Source: Haliotis cracherodii (lineage: Eukaryota). Taken from it: a stretch of 64,000 nt of DNA. The stretch lies in assembly GCF_022045235.1 (NCBI RefSeq), contig NW_027266264.1:54498001-54562000 (forward strand), in the 5' to 3' direction. Shown in pieces: positions 25,766 through 40,329 of this stretch; within the stretch, counting starts at the first letter, position 1; every line of letters begins with the position of its first letter. The translations under genes and the position numbers were made by a program. The notes under the pieces were generated by a model. It searched no databases. It was not told where the DNA came from and saw only the letters and a list, made by a program, of their open reading frames with translations.

Positions 25766-28700
25766 TCACAACAGTGAACTTGGCCCATCTCAGAGTGTAT
25801 TCGTACAAGGCAATTGTACTAACAAAATTTAATTGTCCCAGACAGTTGCACTGGGTCAAATGTATTTCTACCAGGCACAAATAAGAGAGTACCAGTTGCT
25901 CAGATTCAGCCACATTGATCACACGTATTGGACTAATTAATCTAATCTTCTAAAAGATACCCATAACATGTCCATATACTTTACTGATTACAACTGACTG
26001 GACGTAATAATACCAGACCACTTATTTGTCGTAATATCAGAACTATACTTAATAACACGTCTCCAAATTGAAAACCTAACACAACATGACATATAACATT
26101 CCCTGAATTCAATTAACTCTATAACATTCGTTATTTACATAGATATGAAGAAAAAAGGAAACGTATTATTTCTGCGGAGAACACTCTCTATAGTCTCCTG
26201 ACAACATCTTTTGAAACATAAATGAATTAAGGGTGAATATTTAAAGGCATCTACCGCCTCACAATGATATATTCCCCTGCTAATTTCCTTGCATTCGCCA
26301 ACAAGTCTGGCAACACGTACATCCAGACATAGCCTCTCGTTGGGCATCTCCGCTTGTTTGTGGCAGTCAAGTCTTCAGAATCTGTGTTCTAGGCAAGCCT
26401 GAAGCGTGAGTGTCGTCAACAACACATGTCTTCTTGGCGATACTGTCCTTCTATCTCATTTAAATGGAACACAAGTCGGATTAATACTTAATCTTCTATC
26501 AATCCACTAACATCTAGCCAGTACAGGGAAGTTGTAAGGTTGAACTGAAATAGTTCTACAACTGATAGACTACGTGGACACGTGTTCTTCTTTGCCCAAC
26601 TTTTTGGGGTTAATTTATTGAGGACCTCTAATTAAATTACGAAGCCTGGTATGAATACACGTGTTTGGAATGCGCATGGCTGAATTCAAAGAGATCGCCG
26701 AGAATCATTAATATATAAGCGTATTCAACCAACGTGTAACGATAAATGCTGTTCAACAACACTTTATGAGAAGAAAAGTTATTTAACAATTAGTACTAGC
26801 CATAGGAAAACTTGTATTGTTAAATTAAATATAATTTGCTTTGACTTGATATTGAGCACGTGAATAGCTTTAGTGTGGATGCACACCAACGACTACCCAC
26901 GCACACACACACACACATACATACATACATATGTCCTGTCGATGTTCAGTTTAGTTCGCTATTTATGTACAATTTGTCATATTTGGTGGCTTCAAGAAGG
27001 ACTATAAACATACATTGGAAAGCAAACAAAACATCATCGAAAACCTAGACTAAACAAATCGATTGGCGTTATATTCCTCAGAGTTAATACATTTTCCAAA
27101 ACGAAAAGAAACAACGTGGAAAAGGCAAACAAGCAATGTAATTCGTCCTCAGATGTAAACAACTGAGTTTGTCATTACAATGCCAATTCAAATCATTTGA
27201 CATATGCATATGGTGTACTAACGACAGTGAAAAACTACACGTTGCATCTCATAAACATTTACTCTCTCTGAGGAAATCTACGCTTCTGTTATGAGCTCTG
27301 GAGAACTTCACTTTTTTTTAACTCTGTGTTTCTTGTTAAAACCATTTCAAGGAAAAGGTACTAAATTGTCCGTATTTATGTACAAGCTTCTCTACAGGAC
27401 TTCCATAAATTGCAAAATCAATAGTTTGATGCAATATGTAAAAGGTTTTCAAGATTACACTGGCCTCAGTTATATATTTAACTCACAGTATCATTAAAAC
27501 CCCTGGGCTTAAACCAAAAAAGTCTGTATTGACTGAGCAAAAACATAAAAAGGCATATAGATATATCGTCATCTTAAAAAGGCCAAATTGTACTTTGTAC
27601 TTAAGGACATCCGATGTTTTGAAAAGTTATCGTGCGGCAAACAGGGTGCCTCAGACTCTAAAGTTTAGGACGTCCAATCAATTTTTACCAGTTGAAACAG
27701 GCAGATGGAGCAAGTTAAAATATGGACTACAAAATTGGAAGCTGCGCCAACAAAATAATTTAGGGTGAGGAGTACCATTGTTTGTTCAAATGATATAAAT
27801 TTAAAATTGCAAGATTGTCTTTACTGTCAGTGTCATACATTTACAAACCAAGCATAGCGCAACTAAAACGGTTATTTTCTACTCCTAGACTTGGTGTATT
27901 AAGAAAGTTTTTCATTTTCTACCAAATCATAAATAACACCTGCTCAAGATTTGTTGTATTGATAGGAACATTACGACTATTAAATTAATATATATCCACG
28001 GATATGTGGCACAAAGTTCATCATATCAAATCTTTCATAGGCCTATTTAGAAGAACATGAAGACCTGACACTTTTATGAATAACAACTGTTTTATTGTTT
28101 CTCACAACGTTTCATGGCTTCATCATGTCCCTTCACCATGATGCCTACTTAAAACTGAAACTATGTGCATGTTTTGTATGATGTTTGCCATCTTTGCGTG
28201 ACGTATGAATATATATTCCTCCTGTACCTCTGATGCTGCGACTAGCGACCTAGACAGAAATATAGCTCAGTTCAGTACCCTCCTTCTGCAAGCCTACTTG
28301 CCAAGGACGAAGAGCAGGTCAGTCCTATGACAAGATCATGCTTCCACGCAACAAGCGAAGCGCACAAAGTCATTGTCTAGATGCACCTTTGTACTAAACA
28401 CAAAGCAGCGCGGGCATAAAGGTCTGACAATCTCCTGGTTCAACAATTTCCTGTCCTGGACCAGTTCCTGTTACGTTATCTGACGCTAGCGTCACGAAAC
28501 CTCGCATCACTTTGACTGTTAACGCCAGTTTGACATCGATAAACGTCAGGGATAAAGGAGGCCAAACAGTGTGCAAAGACACTACCTGGTCAGCGACTAC
28601 GACATGTGCACCATCACGACGCAGTGAGACTTTGACTTTGTGATAACTATACAACGTCAAAACCAGAGAATAACCAGTATCGATTATCTAACTTAATAGA

Positions 28701-29170
28701 TTCAATTGGCCGTAGAAGACAAATTAGAGGTGAAAATTATATGGATGGATCACCGAAAATCAGTGGTAATATCATGCTGTCGCGAAAAGACAAAAGACAA
28801 AAAATGACAGTTTGATGAGGAAAACGTGTTTGTTACTGGACCTGCGAATGTTTATATTAATCCATTCCTCATTCATAGACCTTGGCCAACTTGCACAATG
28901 GTATTGTAGCGCTACGCCTGTCTCTAATATTAAACCATGGACTTGTTATGGTCGTAGCGCTTGATTTGTATTAAGGATCACTGTTTATTGTGTACCTGGT
29001 TGAATTCTGATGTTGTAGATTATCTACTGGGTAACATTGGGCATGACAAATAACGTTTAGGTCTAGCCATGTCGGATTGAGTGCCTGATTGTTGTTTTAC
29101 TACGCCGACATCAGTTGAACGTCCGAACATATTTGAGTTCGGGCCAAGCACACCCGCGTCATCGGTGGGT

Positions 29171-29403
29171 CCCCATTGAAGATGAGGGTTAGCATGTGTC
29201 TTTTACCTATGCTTGTCGTACGAGGTGACTAACTGGGTCAGTTGGTCAGGCTCGCTAACTTGGTTGATGTCATCGTATCCCAACTGCGTAGATAGATGCT
29301 TATGATTTCAATCATTGGGTTGTCTAGTCCAGACTCGATTATAAACAAACCGCCGTCATATAAATAGAATGTTTTTTGTTGAGTGCAGTATTAAACAACA
29401 AAA
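29171..29403 (+). mobile_element. SINE-like family B copy
   Basis: ATGCTTGTCGTA..AGGTGACTAAC...GGTCAGGCTCGCT...TCCAGACTCGATTAT...CCGCCGTCATAT...TTAAACAAC. Confidence 0.85.
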
Positions 29404-32400
29404 ATACCAAAAGTCCACACACATATTTGGACATATACAACATTTTGGGTACTGGGGACTTATTCTGACCGGCATAGCAGCAGTTCATTTAGACTGAATA
29501 TATAAGTTTGATCAAACAACTTATATCGGGTTAGTGTCATTCAAGTACAAGATTCACTGTGCAGAGGGGACATGTGATGTTAATCATTCATGCCCAGTAG
29601 CAACAGAAAACAACATCTTTAACGCAAATCTATATCGCTCAACGTTGCATAAGCAAATAACCATAAAGCAAACTGGAGTTATTCTCCAAGACCTACTTAC
29701 AAAAAAGACAACAGACATGTATTCAAATATTTCCCCGATTTATCCATCATTGTCATGTTCGACGGGCATCGTGATGGTCACACGTAAGGTAACCTTGTCT
29801 GTAGATGGTACGATCTGTCTTGTGCACAGTCCCTACAATACTATATTGCAAATGCTAGTAAGCTGCGCCTCCTATCATTATGTCTTGTCAGCTATATGCC
29901 TCAATATCTTATTTCCAGATTGCGTTTTAATCCAAACCGTCTTGAAAGTGTAGGCTTGGATGGGAAATGTCAGGGATGTTAGTGATCATGGTGCTACAAA
30001 GCTGTATATTACAACAAAGAAGGCCGACACGCAGCAGACTATAAGTAAAGATCTTGGGTGCTAGATCGAGCCTGTTGGGACCTTGCATTATTTAACTCCA
30101 GACAAGAGAGAACTTCCTGACGGTGAGATTTTAAGCTTTCGAAGCGTCTTGGGAATATGCCATACTTAGTGAAATACCATGGAGCCTACAGGGTTAACTG
30201 TCGTGGCTAGAACCAAGGAGATGCCACTTGATTGTCAATATGAGACGTCAGAATCCCTTTTACAATTCTTTTCAGCCAAAGATGAATAACAAATGATGAT
30301 ATGCCGTAATCAAAGTGTCAAGCGGTTTATAAGGTAGAGGCAGCAATGACAGTCGATGGAAATATCTCTATATTGTTTTGAATAAGGATTTGGTTGAAAC
30401 GGCGTACTGTATTCGAAGGGACACTTTTCTTTTTACAGATACAACAATTATGTAGACAATATGAGACTTGTATGAACCTAACTGAAAGACTGGATTGCTG
30501 TGTGTTCCACGAGAAACAATAATACTGTCTTCCAATTGTGGTACTATTTCATTTATTAATATCAATATCCTCTTATTCTATCAAATTATTTTGATAAACG
30601 TTCTGTAAAATAATCCATGAGTTTTTAGTTTGCCAACAAATAGTAAGCACATCAGTGCATATTTCAGTGCATCAAATGATTCTTGCAAACTATACCTTCT
30701 TGCATTGACATGACATTCAGTAATGAGTGACTATTCGTGAGAATTGCTAAGTGTGGTTTCCATGTAGTTTTGCAGATCTTCTTGCAAGAAAAAAAGAAAT
30801 TGAAATACATATTAGATCATTGGTAATTTGTAACTCCAGGCAGTCGATCAAATGTATTCGTGGATACTGCAATAGATCATCGTAAAAGTTGTTTTGTCCT
30901 TGTGCATCGCTTGTATTTATTTATCAAAATATATTTTACGCATTCCGCCAAATCAAAAACATGTTTTATTTCGTCGGATTATTTACTTGTTCAATATTAA
31001 AAGGGTTCATACTATAAGTTAAAGTGCAAAACAATATGTTTCAATAGGCTCAACGACGAGAACACTGCATTCATGGCAACATTTGGAAGAATAACACATT
31101 CTGAAATCTCTGTTATAATTTGTACATGATTATGCATGAATTTAAGACATATAATTCATTACTGTAATAATGAGGTTCATACTCTTTTCTTATTAATTTT
31201 CAAATGATATAATTCTGCAAATACAATGCACTATTCACCAGCACCCTTTTCTCTGCTCAGGATGCTGCTCTTTGCAAACGGCTATCGTTTCGGTACAAAT
31301 GGTGCAAGAAACCCTCCACATTCACATGCATTGATCAGGGTTCCATTCGGACTTGTCTATAGATCCCTCACATCTAAAGTACCAGCCATAGCTTATACTT
31401 CAAGCCTATCTTTATTATGAACAGTTATCAAGCATTTATGTATAGTGCTAACATAAGGTTTACGTTCCAAGCACACTGGCATTGATAACATCAAACCTTA
31501 TACTCAAATAGGCACTTATGTCCCGCGATGACCTGATAACGTCTCAACCCCTGGGGTGCTGGACTTTTTAGTGTCTGTTTAAAAATGACGGAGCTTTCAT
31601 GTATGACGTATAAGTATCTGACACCTGACTTTCACACTCACAGTAGACGGTTGATTCTGCAAGTGCTCAGTACTCTGAATTGTGTTTTAAAACCATATAA
31701 CATCCTAATTCGTGGTCCTTGCCTTTCCTGCTTCACGTTGTATTTCAATACAAGCGAAACAAACTTTCCATGATTATAAGAAATCTCAATTTTACGATTC
31801 CAAAGATATCATATGCATGTATTTATGAATCATTATCAAATATTGATGATATCAGGTCTGAGTCCTTGAACAACCCAGTGACTGTATGCAGAACGCCCTG
31901 TCATGACCGAAGGATCGGGACGCGCCTGTTGCAATCGATATTGAACTTGCTTTAATCGGGAGAAGACATTGATACTGAATAAGGCTGCGTTGGTAGATCC
32001 AGATAGAGTGCGCAACACTTCTTCTCCTTCTTTTGAAATATATCAAAATATCATCACACTAAATATGTTTTCGGTAGCTTAACCACAGCATGCCTTGGAG
32101 TGTTTCTGACTCAATAAAGGTGTTTCGTGAAATATACAAAATATAGATGTTTGCCATAACGATTTTAGTAAAGATATATGAGTGGTTTTTGGAGTCACAT
32201 TACTCATGTAAGGGTTATATAAGTAATGATTTATACTAATGTGCATTACGTTTTACAAGCCTGACGTCATTTTCATGCACTGTTCCTGACACACTACAAC
32301 TAACAGGGTCGATCCATTATGACACAACATAAATGATGTGCAAATAAACATTCGTCACTAATCCCCCTTTCCATAGGCTGCAAGAAGACTCGTTCCCCGA

Positions 32401-35400
32401 TCGATTAAAAGTTATGTGCGAAAATACGACAAACCAATCAAGTTTTTCGTCAAAGAATCCCTCAGAAATAAGTTTTGATTTTACATATGTCTTGCATCTA
32501 AAGTATACCAAAGACACAGTTAAATGTTTTCAGTCATACTGTATTATTCTGCATGCTCCGGTGTGCTTTAAATTGCATCAGAAATATAAAATTATATAAT
32601 ATATGGGGAAATATATGTGAACCATTACACAACGAGTCGACAATTGTTTTAGGCGTGCTCATTTGCGTTAAGAAGGAACCCGGTCGCAAAAATGGCCATG
32701 AGAGGGGCACGAGTCGCTATTCGGCTTGTCCCGGAGTTAGTCAAGAATTGCATATAGAGTGACGTTATAATGGCTACACGCCAACAGCCAATACGAAATA
32801 AGGTTAAAGGTTATGTCAACGGTCATAGTAATATATAAGAGATATCAAAAATTGCTTTCAAACATTCAGCAGCCTGTAGTTTACCAGGTTTTCCGGCAAA
32901 AAAGACGATTGTGCAATTGTACAATTGTGTTCACTTTTGAATACCCGACGCAATTTCAAGTTCACAAGAAGATACTGAACCGTATGTGCATGAAATATAT
33001 ATACATCAGTTTTGCAAAAATCGAATATTCTGTTTCGGAATTCTTTTTGTGCTTCTGATTTATGGACAGTTGAGAACAAACGAGGCGACATATGCGCATT
33101 TTATCGATATTTGCCTATTCAAGGCATATTTCTTATCTTGAAAAAGAAAGAAAGACGTTCGATTAAAACAAGATAAACTGAAGCTTTTGTTACCAGAATA
33201 TTTTACTGCTATGGCCGCAGGTGAATTGACGGCTTTGAGATTAAAGAGTTTCATGTCGCCATCCATCACTGTCACAAAACCAGATGCTGTGACTTTCATG
33301 TATTTTCAATACGACAGAGAAAACGTCACGTACTCAAACATTCACTCCAACACAACTGAACAGTGTAGTAATAGACACCTCTAAATCTACCATTCATTTA
33401 TGTCAATTTTGTCTGGGTCCCACATTTTGCCCAAGGATATTGGGTCCTTTTTTGTGTGGTTTGTGGCAACACGTTTACATTGCAATAAAGTAAATCGAAG
33501 AGTTGTTTTTGTTGCAGAGGTGAGTCCCTTGTAGAGTTATGCCCCTTGTTGTAATTGTGTACGCTTTCAGATGAGCACGACTTTCGAATGTACCTTTCCT
33601 AAATACAGGTCATGTCAGAATAACCTTTCGAGAACTATCACCGACCAATGAAATACAGGAAGTCAACATTGGCCACTAAGAAAGCAGCTTTCTTAAGCTT
33701 TGCGGTACCAGTTTCAAACTGACGAATTCTAATTTAGACTATACTTTTAAAAGTATTTTGAATAAGTCATACAGTCCGTAACAGTTGTTTTGTGTTAAGC
33801 TTTAGAGGTTGCATGATTAGAAAACATAATCCGCGAACAATGTAACATTACAATATGAATATTTCATTTTTGCATTACGGGTTTGTATCGTTATCTATCA
33901 TGTAGTTGTCCGATTTTCGATCACAAACGTTGATACTACTTCATTTCGTTTATCCGACATTCTCGTTAATCCTACATAATCAGGTGCAACCAACCATATC
34001 GGATTAACGGGAGTAGTCTATATGTAGAGACGCATTACATACATGTTACATATGATTATTTATATAAATAATGAATACTTAAAACGGCGTTCTCGTATAA
34101 TAACTCCAAGAAACTGTATATATTGAATGTCTGTTTTCAAACCACTGTGAAAAAGAGTGCTTTGTTTCAATATATTTTAAATTAAAATCCCTCATTAATG
34201 AAAAGCTGTTTATTCCAGTACTGCGAAACGAAAGGATTTTCGCCCAACGGTCAAGGGTGCGCCATGTTGAGACAGTGATTGGCATCAAGTGACCGCCAAA
34301 TGTCGGCCCCTTGCCTCCCATTATGTATTTTCTTTCAAACAAACGAGGATCTGAGCTGTAGGATATCACTGCAACAACAGCAAAGCCATTGAGTGAGTAA
34401 GTTTGGTTCAACACATATATGAACAAGATCACGGCATGCGAGCTTGATGATCTTTAGAAAAGCCCGCAGTAATGAAGATCCAATTCAGACGTTTACCACA
34501 TTGGTGAAACCGACGGAAAGGATTTTTGTCGCTAATATTTAAACCATAAGAAGAACTACATTAAGCCCCCGATATGTATGTGTCTCATGCAAGGAGTGGC
34601 TACACCATAGCATCTCTATAACGACCAGATGCCTACAGTCCCGAGACCATGTGCTGAGGCTGTTCGTAATTGTCCTAATCTCAACACAATATACATCGAC
34701 TTGGCAGTAATATAAAGAACGCTACCCTAGCAAATAAAATGAATCTAGTTGTAGCGTTTTAAGATATTCCTGTCACACACATACATGCATTGTGTGATAC
34801 GTTTACCTTGTTTTTCTTACAAACGACTACATAAAGATTACCTTCACCAAATTGCAAAATGACGTTACGTTAGCATTTTGATTTCTTATGAATATGGAAA
34901 GGGTTTCGTCGCTTTTATTCCGGCATGTAAATATGTTTCCTTTGTGATCCTCTTCATGAATCTGTCTCTCTTTTCAAAAGAAAACTTATTATATATTTGT
35001 ATGTTTACAACCTAATAAGTATAAAATGGACCCCTTTATGGCTTTTCCCCCAACTGTTTCCTGTGTGACAAATCAGTGACATCATTCAGCGCAATAATAC
35101 AATACAGCGATGAACGTAGTCTGCTGGTGGGCTCAGACGAATTTGTTTAGGTTCATGGAAAAAGATTGCTTGGTTAGCCAATAAAATGTCATGGAATCAC
35201 TTGCAATTTATGTATTATGCCATGGTCCTCAGCGTGCCTCCGACCCACAAGGCTGGGTATTAATCCTCCGTCTCACAGTGAGGAAATATATGCACATGTA
35301 TACTTTGATGTGATCATTCCGTTAGCAATGAACAAGAGCAACGCAAGATGGCTCGTATGCCCACGTTCAAGTTCATAGATAAATCATAACTTAGAGTAAA

Positions 35401-35463
35401 CTACATGTAAACGTGTCTTAAACTCACGAAGGATGTTTATCTCAGATACAGACTGATGATAAT

Positions 35464-35494
35464 CTTCTTCTTCTTCTACTACTACTACTACTAG

Positions 35495-35535
<41 letters not shown>
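35464..35535. repeat. Compound (CTT)n(CTA)n microsatellite
   Basis: Directly visible. Confidence 0.97.
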
Positions 35536-35914
35536 TGTCTAATAATACATGTGAAAAACTCATTTTGTTACATGATTATTACCCGGGTCTGCTGATCAGT
35601 GTGCACTCAAATTGCATTCTCAGCCCCCTGGGGAGAATACATATTATATTTTGACAGCTAAGTCGACGTCAGGCCACCATGTGTTACTCTTCTCCACAGT
35701 ATGGAAATGTTATCTAAATATACACTATATGTTGCTTCACTTGAAATGTATGGCCATAACGTGAAATATCTCATAAGTCTCGAACTCCAGGACAGACCTC
35801 ATTTAAGTCGACATATTTTCGATGGTCCCAGCTACGTTGATTTAGCCAGGTGTTATGTTTATACGTACAGGTACGCGCATGCATAATGACATGAAATAGA
35901 ACTCGATAACATAC

Positions 35915-35959
35915 CTGTTCTAGCCACACGTTGATTGTAAGCACCTGGTTGACTTCATC
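35915..35959 (-). CDS. nAChR alpha subunit, 45-nt exon (loop 2 / loop D)
   Basis: TTATCTTTTTCAG|GATGAAGTCAACCAGGTGCTTACAATCAACGTGTGGCTAGAACAG|GTATGT = DEVNQVLTINVWLEQ, phase 0-0. Absent from the ORF track; found by reading the minus strand. Confidence 0.95.
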
Positions 35960-36418
35960 CTGAAAAAGATAACCAATATTTGTAAAAAAGATTCAGTTGC
36001 TTTTCAATGATGAAACAATAGAACGAATCAAAATTACTAACATAGAATCCGTACAGATCAATGTGAGGAGAAGTTTTATGTTTCGAACGCTAAGTAAATT
36101 TGAGTATCGTTTATATAACAAGTACAATATATAAGCTGATTTAACGTTCTGTGTGTAACATGTACACCACATATAAACAAGAAATACCCACAAACAGTAA
36201 ATTCTGTAACATTTAATGTCTGTGGCGTCTGAAATCCATTATTTGGTGAGATTTAACTGAACTGAGCTGTTAACAAAATATGAATAAACCTGCAGTCAGA
36301 TTCAACATCGTGAAATATCGACGATAACCTACGATATTTATGTTTGAGTCGACAGGGTATCATTGAAAAGTAAAAGAAATTACATTTTATAATATATAAC
36401 ACGCCGAGGGTCATGAAA

Positions 36419-36664
36419 TGGGGCACGGGTGGTCCACAGTTCGCGTTGCAGTGTTCCCATGTGCACGCTAGAACCCTAAAACTGTGGGTTCAAATCCCGG
36501 TTCGCTTCGATTAATTTTGTCTTTGTTTTGCTCATGGGTTTCACCAAAGTGGTACACATCTGAGACATGCATCACTTCGGACTTCCCTAACACATCAAGC
36601 TTACACTCCGTGACATAACTGAAATACTGTTCAAAGCGGCGGTAGATCCAGCTCACTCATTCAC
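36419..36664 (+). mobile_element. SINE family D copy
   Basis: GGGGCACGGGTGG...TGTGGGTTCAAATCCCGGTTCGC.TCGATTA...GCTCATGGGTTTCAC..AAGTGGTA...CATCACTTC collinear with 59842-60110. Confidence 0.8.
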
Positions 36665-38489
36665 AACGACCTGTGTCCTGTTCATCTTATGGATCTCCCA
36701 ACTTTCACATGCAGTATGGCAACAGTGAATCCCTTTCACTAAACTTGCTGGGTTAATTCCACCTCTTCGGTATCGATATCGGGTGACATCGATACTCCTC
36801 ACCCGATATTCCATGGTCGATCCGTCGAATGCCTCTAACTCGAAGATGTAACTTTATGGACATCACAGAAACTATGATCCAGTATTATGATTCCGCTCGT
36901 TTCGAAAAACGGATAACTCGATTTATGCTGACGGGAAAAATAAAGTGTACACTTGAAAATTAGATTTGACCAAAACATTACAAACGTTATCGAAACGTTA
37001 CTAGGTTGAAAACAGATGCCATAACACTGCATAGCTACTGAATAATGTCAATAACACCTCAAATATGTACTTATTATTCGTTTTTAAAGAGAAGAGGCAC
37101 TCATCATTTATCATAGTATAATCAGGGCTACGTTCCGTACCTTCAAAACAACTTCGCGAGCAATCCACCGAATCCCTATGTAAACTGTAGGAAAAGCGGT
37201 TCAACGTTATGTCTTAAAAACCTTGACATATGCATTGTGCATGGAAGAAATTCTTTTTCATCAACAGTACAATTTTGTATGAGGAAATTAATACACTAAA
37301 GAGGACACTCCTGGTCAGTCAGATTAGGACAGTGCGTTCCCATGTAATTGAGAGTATGTCAGCAATCAATACGACCAATTCCTCAGTTATTTACATGTTT
37401 GTGGCCCTTGCTTCAAGTCTTTACCCGAGTCAATCTGTCACCAACGTGATGCTTGCATTGCATCAATATTTTACTATACATGCATTACTATAATAACGTA
37501 CAGTCGGTGTTACAGTTGATAAACATACACATTTACTTATAGAACAGTCATGTTTAATTCTTCAGAAACGACTAGTAACCACTCCAAGGTGTTGATTAGA
37601 GGAAACAAGTACACGCAGTTTCAATTTGTAAATAACGATGGTGCAGATGAATAAGATTAATAGTTTGAAAGTTTTTACTTGGGATAATGTTCGCCTACTT
37701 CGGAGCATCTGTAGAAAGCCAAATTGCCAATGGTTTCTCCCTGGTAAGCACGCTACATTGAATCGGGCGGCAATACGATCGGCGCAATTGCAACTTCCCA
37801 GAGAACAGCCCGGGGAGAACCAATAGCTGAGAACACAAACAACCACCACACTAATTCTAGATCTCGACAAAAACGTAATTGGAAATCTTGTTTGAATTTG
37901 GAAATGTCAATTCTTTCACCAAGCACTAATCTAGCCAAATATATTTGTGTTGGTAGCATTCTTCCCTGAAGTGACGTTACGGGAACAAGTGACGGTAATG
38001 TTTGGAAAATACATAAACATCTACACCAATAACTCTGCGAATCAATAGCTGGTATGCCTTCGACAGCAATTTCTTAAACAAAGATTGCAACCACTAATTG
38101 ATAAATCATAAATACAGTGACATCAACAAGAATTATTGATAGATTCTGCAACACGGAACAAATTTTTGCAAAGTTGCACGTAAACTAGCCAAAGGCTATG
38201 GACACTGTGCTTGGATTAAATCACATACCATTTACTCAAACATCTCAAGCATGCAATTCAGGTGGACAAGTGATGTAAGATATGTTTTCATATGCCATTC
38301 CATGACTGTCTCGCTGTTGATTAAAGATGATCCCAAATCGGACGATTTACTATGTCTACATCAGGCGAAAGGAACTGTTTAACTTGACACAATATTTTGT
38401 TCCCGAAAGATAAATCCCAGCGGTATTCAAATTCAGGGAAGGTCGAAAACCGCGTAATGTTTATGTAAGGATTGAAGAGATGAAGATCT

Positions 38490-38598
38490 GGGTGCCGTTG
38501 TACAAAGCGATCTTAGCGCTAAGGTGACCGTAACTCCTATACCTTAACATAGACTTACGACAGTCGCAGTGCTAAGGGTGCTTTGTACAACGGCACCC
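38490..38598. mobile_element. MITE-like 109-bp foldback element
   Basis: Perfect 19-bp terminal inverted repeat GGGTGCCGTTGTACAAAGC (38490-38508) / GCTTTGTACAACGGCACCC (38580-38598), extending inward imperfectly (CTTAGCGCT / AGTGCTAAG). Confidence 0.8.
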
Positions 38599-38630
38599 TA
38601 GTTGCCACACTGTGTGGCACGTAGGAGTAT

Positions 38631-38878
38631 GTTTTGTTTTGTTTTGTTTGTTTGTTGTTTTACGAAACACTCAGCAATATTCCAGCTATATGATGGCGTC
38701 TGTAAATAATCGAATTTGGACCCGATCCAGTGATTGACATTACGACCATAGATCCACGCAACTGGGATACGATGACATGCATCAACCAAGTCACCGAGCT
38801 TGTCCACCCGATCCCGTTAGTCTCCTCTTACGACAAGCAAAGTTGCTGAAGACCTGTTCTACCACGGATCTTCACGTG
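38631..38878 (-). mobile_element. SINE-like family B copy
   Basis: Collinear with 6360-6630; (AAAAC)n/(AAAC)n tail. Confidence 0.87.
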
Positions 38879-40329
38879 TGATCATGGAGTCATGAAGTCA
38901 TCTCATGCTACCAACCATTAGCTTGCCTATCTCTGGTCGCCGCTAAGGAGGTGCGACAATGCGAGAGAACAACATTCATTCACTCACTATGTTATCTGCG
39001 TTCTCAGAGAGAGAAAGGAGCTGCACTTAATATATCATCAATGGACACATGATATATTAATAGTGGAATCATCAAACAGTTTTGGATTGTGTGACTTTGT
39101 TATTTGCTTAGCATTTACAGGTTACTTCATCGAACCGTACCTTCACAATGTAACCAGCAAAGCCAACACAACAAAACACAACGACAAAGCCCTTTCCATA
39201 ATCATAAGAAATCTACTTTCACTGAAAAGGCCCTGTGGTGTATTCTGATAATTCTGAATACACAGCAGGCAAATTGATTTAACCTGGGGGAAACAAGTAC
39301 CTTTGTATATCAGATTAAGACTTCAAACAAGCTAGAACACATAATCATAATTTTAAAATTATCCATAATAAGAAATGTGCAAGGTAAGGAAAAATGAACG
39401 ATGTAACTGCTGAGAGAACAAGAAAAAATGTCAAGAACCTCGACGACCAGCTGTGTTTGAATACTCAGGTAAAAATAAAACTCATGATCAGATAAATGCT
39501 CGCCTCATATCAATCAACAGTAATAACTCAATCAGGCCTTATCGCAGAAGGCAATTCCAGCACAATGCTGTTCTTTCGCCTATATGAGTACATGTATTGA
39601 ACAAGTGTGATCCAATAAGCAATGTTAACCAAGTCTTTCCTATGAAGTTCTAAATAAACAGGGAATTGTACTCTGGTCACATAGTCATATTTACACAAAG
39701 AATATCATACTTCATTGATTAGCCAACTTCACTCTCCACACCATCGGTTGGGTTTCTGGTAATAGTCGGCCAGAGATTACTCTGTTATGAGGCATACAGA
39801 ATCAATCATTGGAATAGAATGCACAGATTCAAAGTGACAGAGTAATATAGAAATCATGTGAGAATAACAGGAAATATAGCTGCTATAACAATGGTCCAAT
39901 TACAGGTCCATTCTCACAGCGGACTCTGATCTAGTGCTAGGGAAATACTTTCATCATTGTTATGTATCTTAGCACCGCTTGCTGCAAGGGACAGGCTGCA
40001 TTTGCCTCCCAACTATCCTCGGGCTTTTAACTATGTTCGTGTCGCGAGAATGTAGCTCTTAACATTATTCATGTCTGTAGTACTCTAATACTGTTGTAAC
40101 AAAAAATGTTTCTTGCTATATTCCTTCTAACGGATTATAACATTTTATCTATATTATCATATATATATTTACATATCTTTCTTAATAATGTATTCTCCAA
40201 GCTTTTTGTTTTCAGTGGAGTAACCTAGGAAGCTGTATTTTGTATGTACAATCTTGCATGGTTTTCATGATCACAGTCTGAAAACTTGTGTCACTGAGTG
40301 TAGTTCCGGTGAAGACTGTTCCTCGTTCT

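Noticed and set aside
37562-37959. Minus-strand ORFs with signal-peptide-like stretches as another alternative first exon
   Set aside because: No nAChR similarity; one lacks an ATG, the other ends in a stop; only a weak donor.
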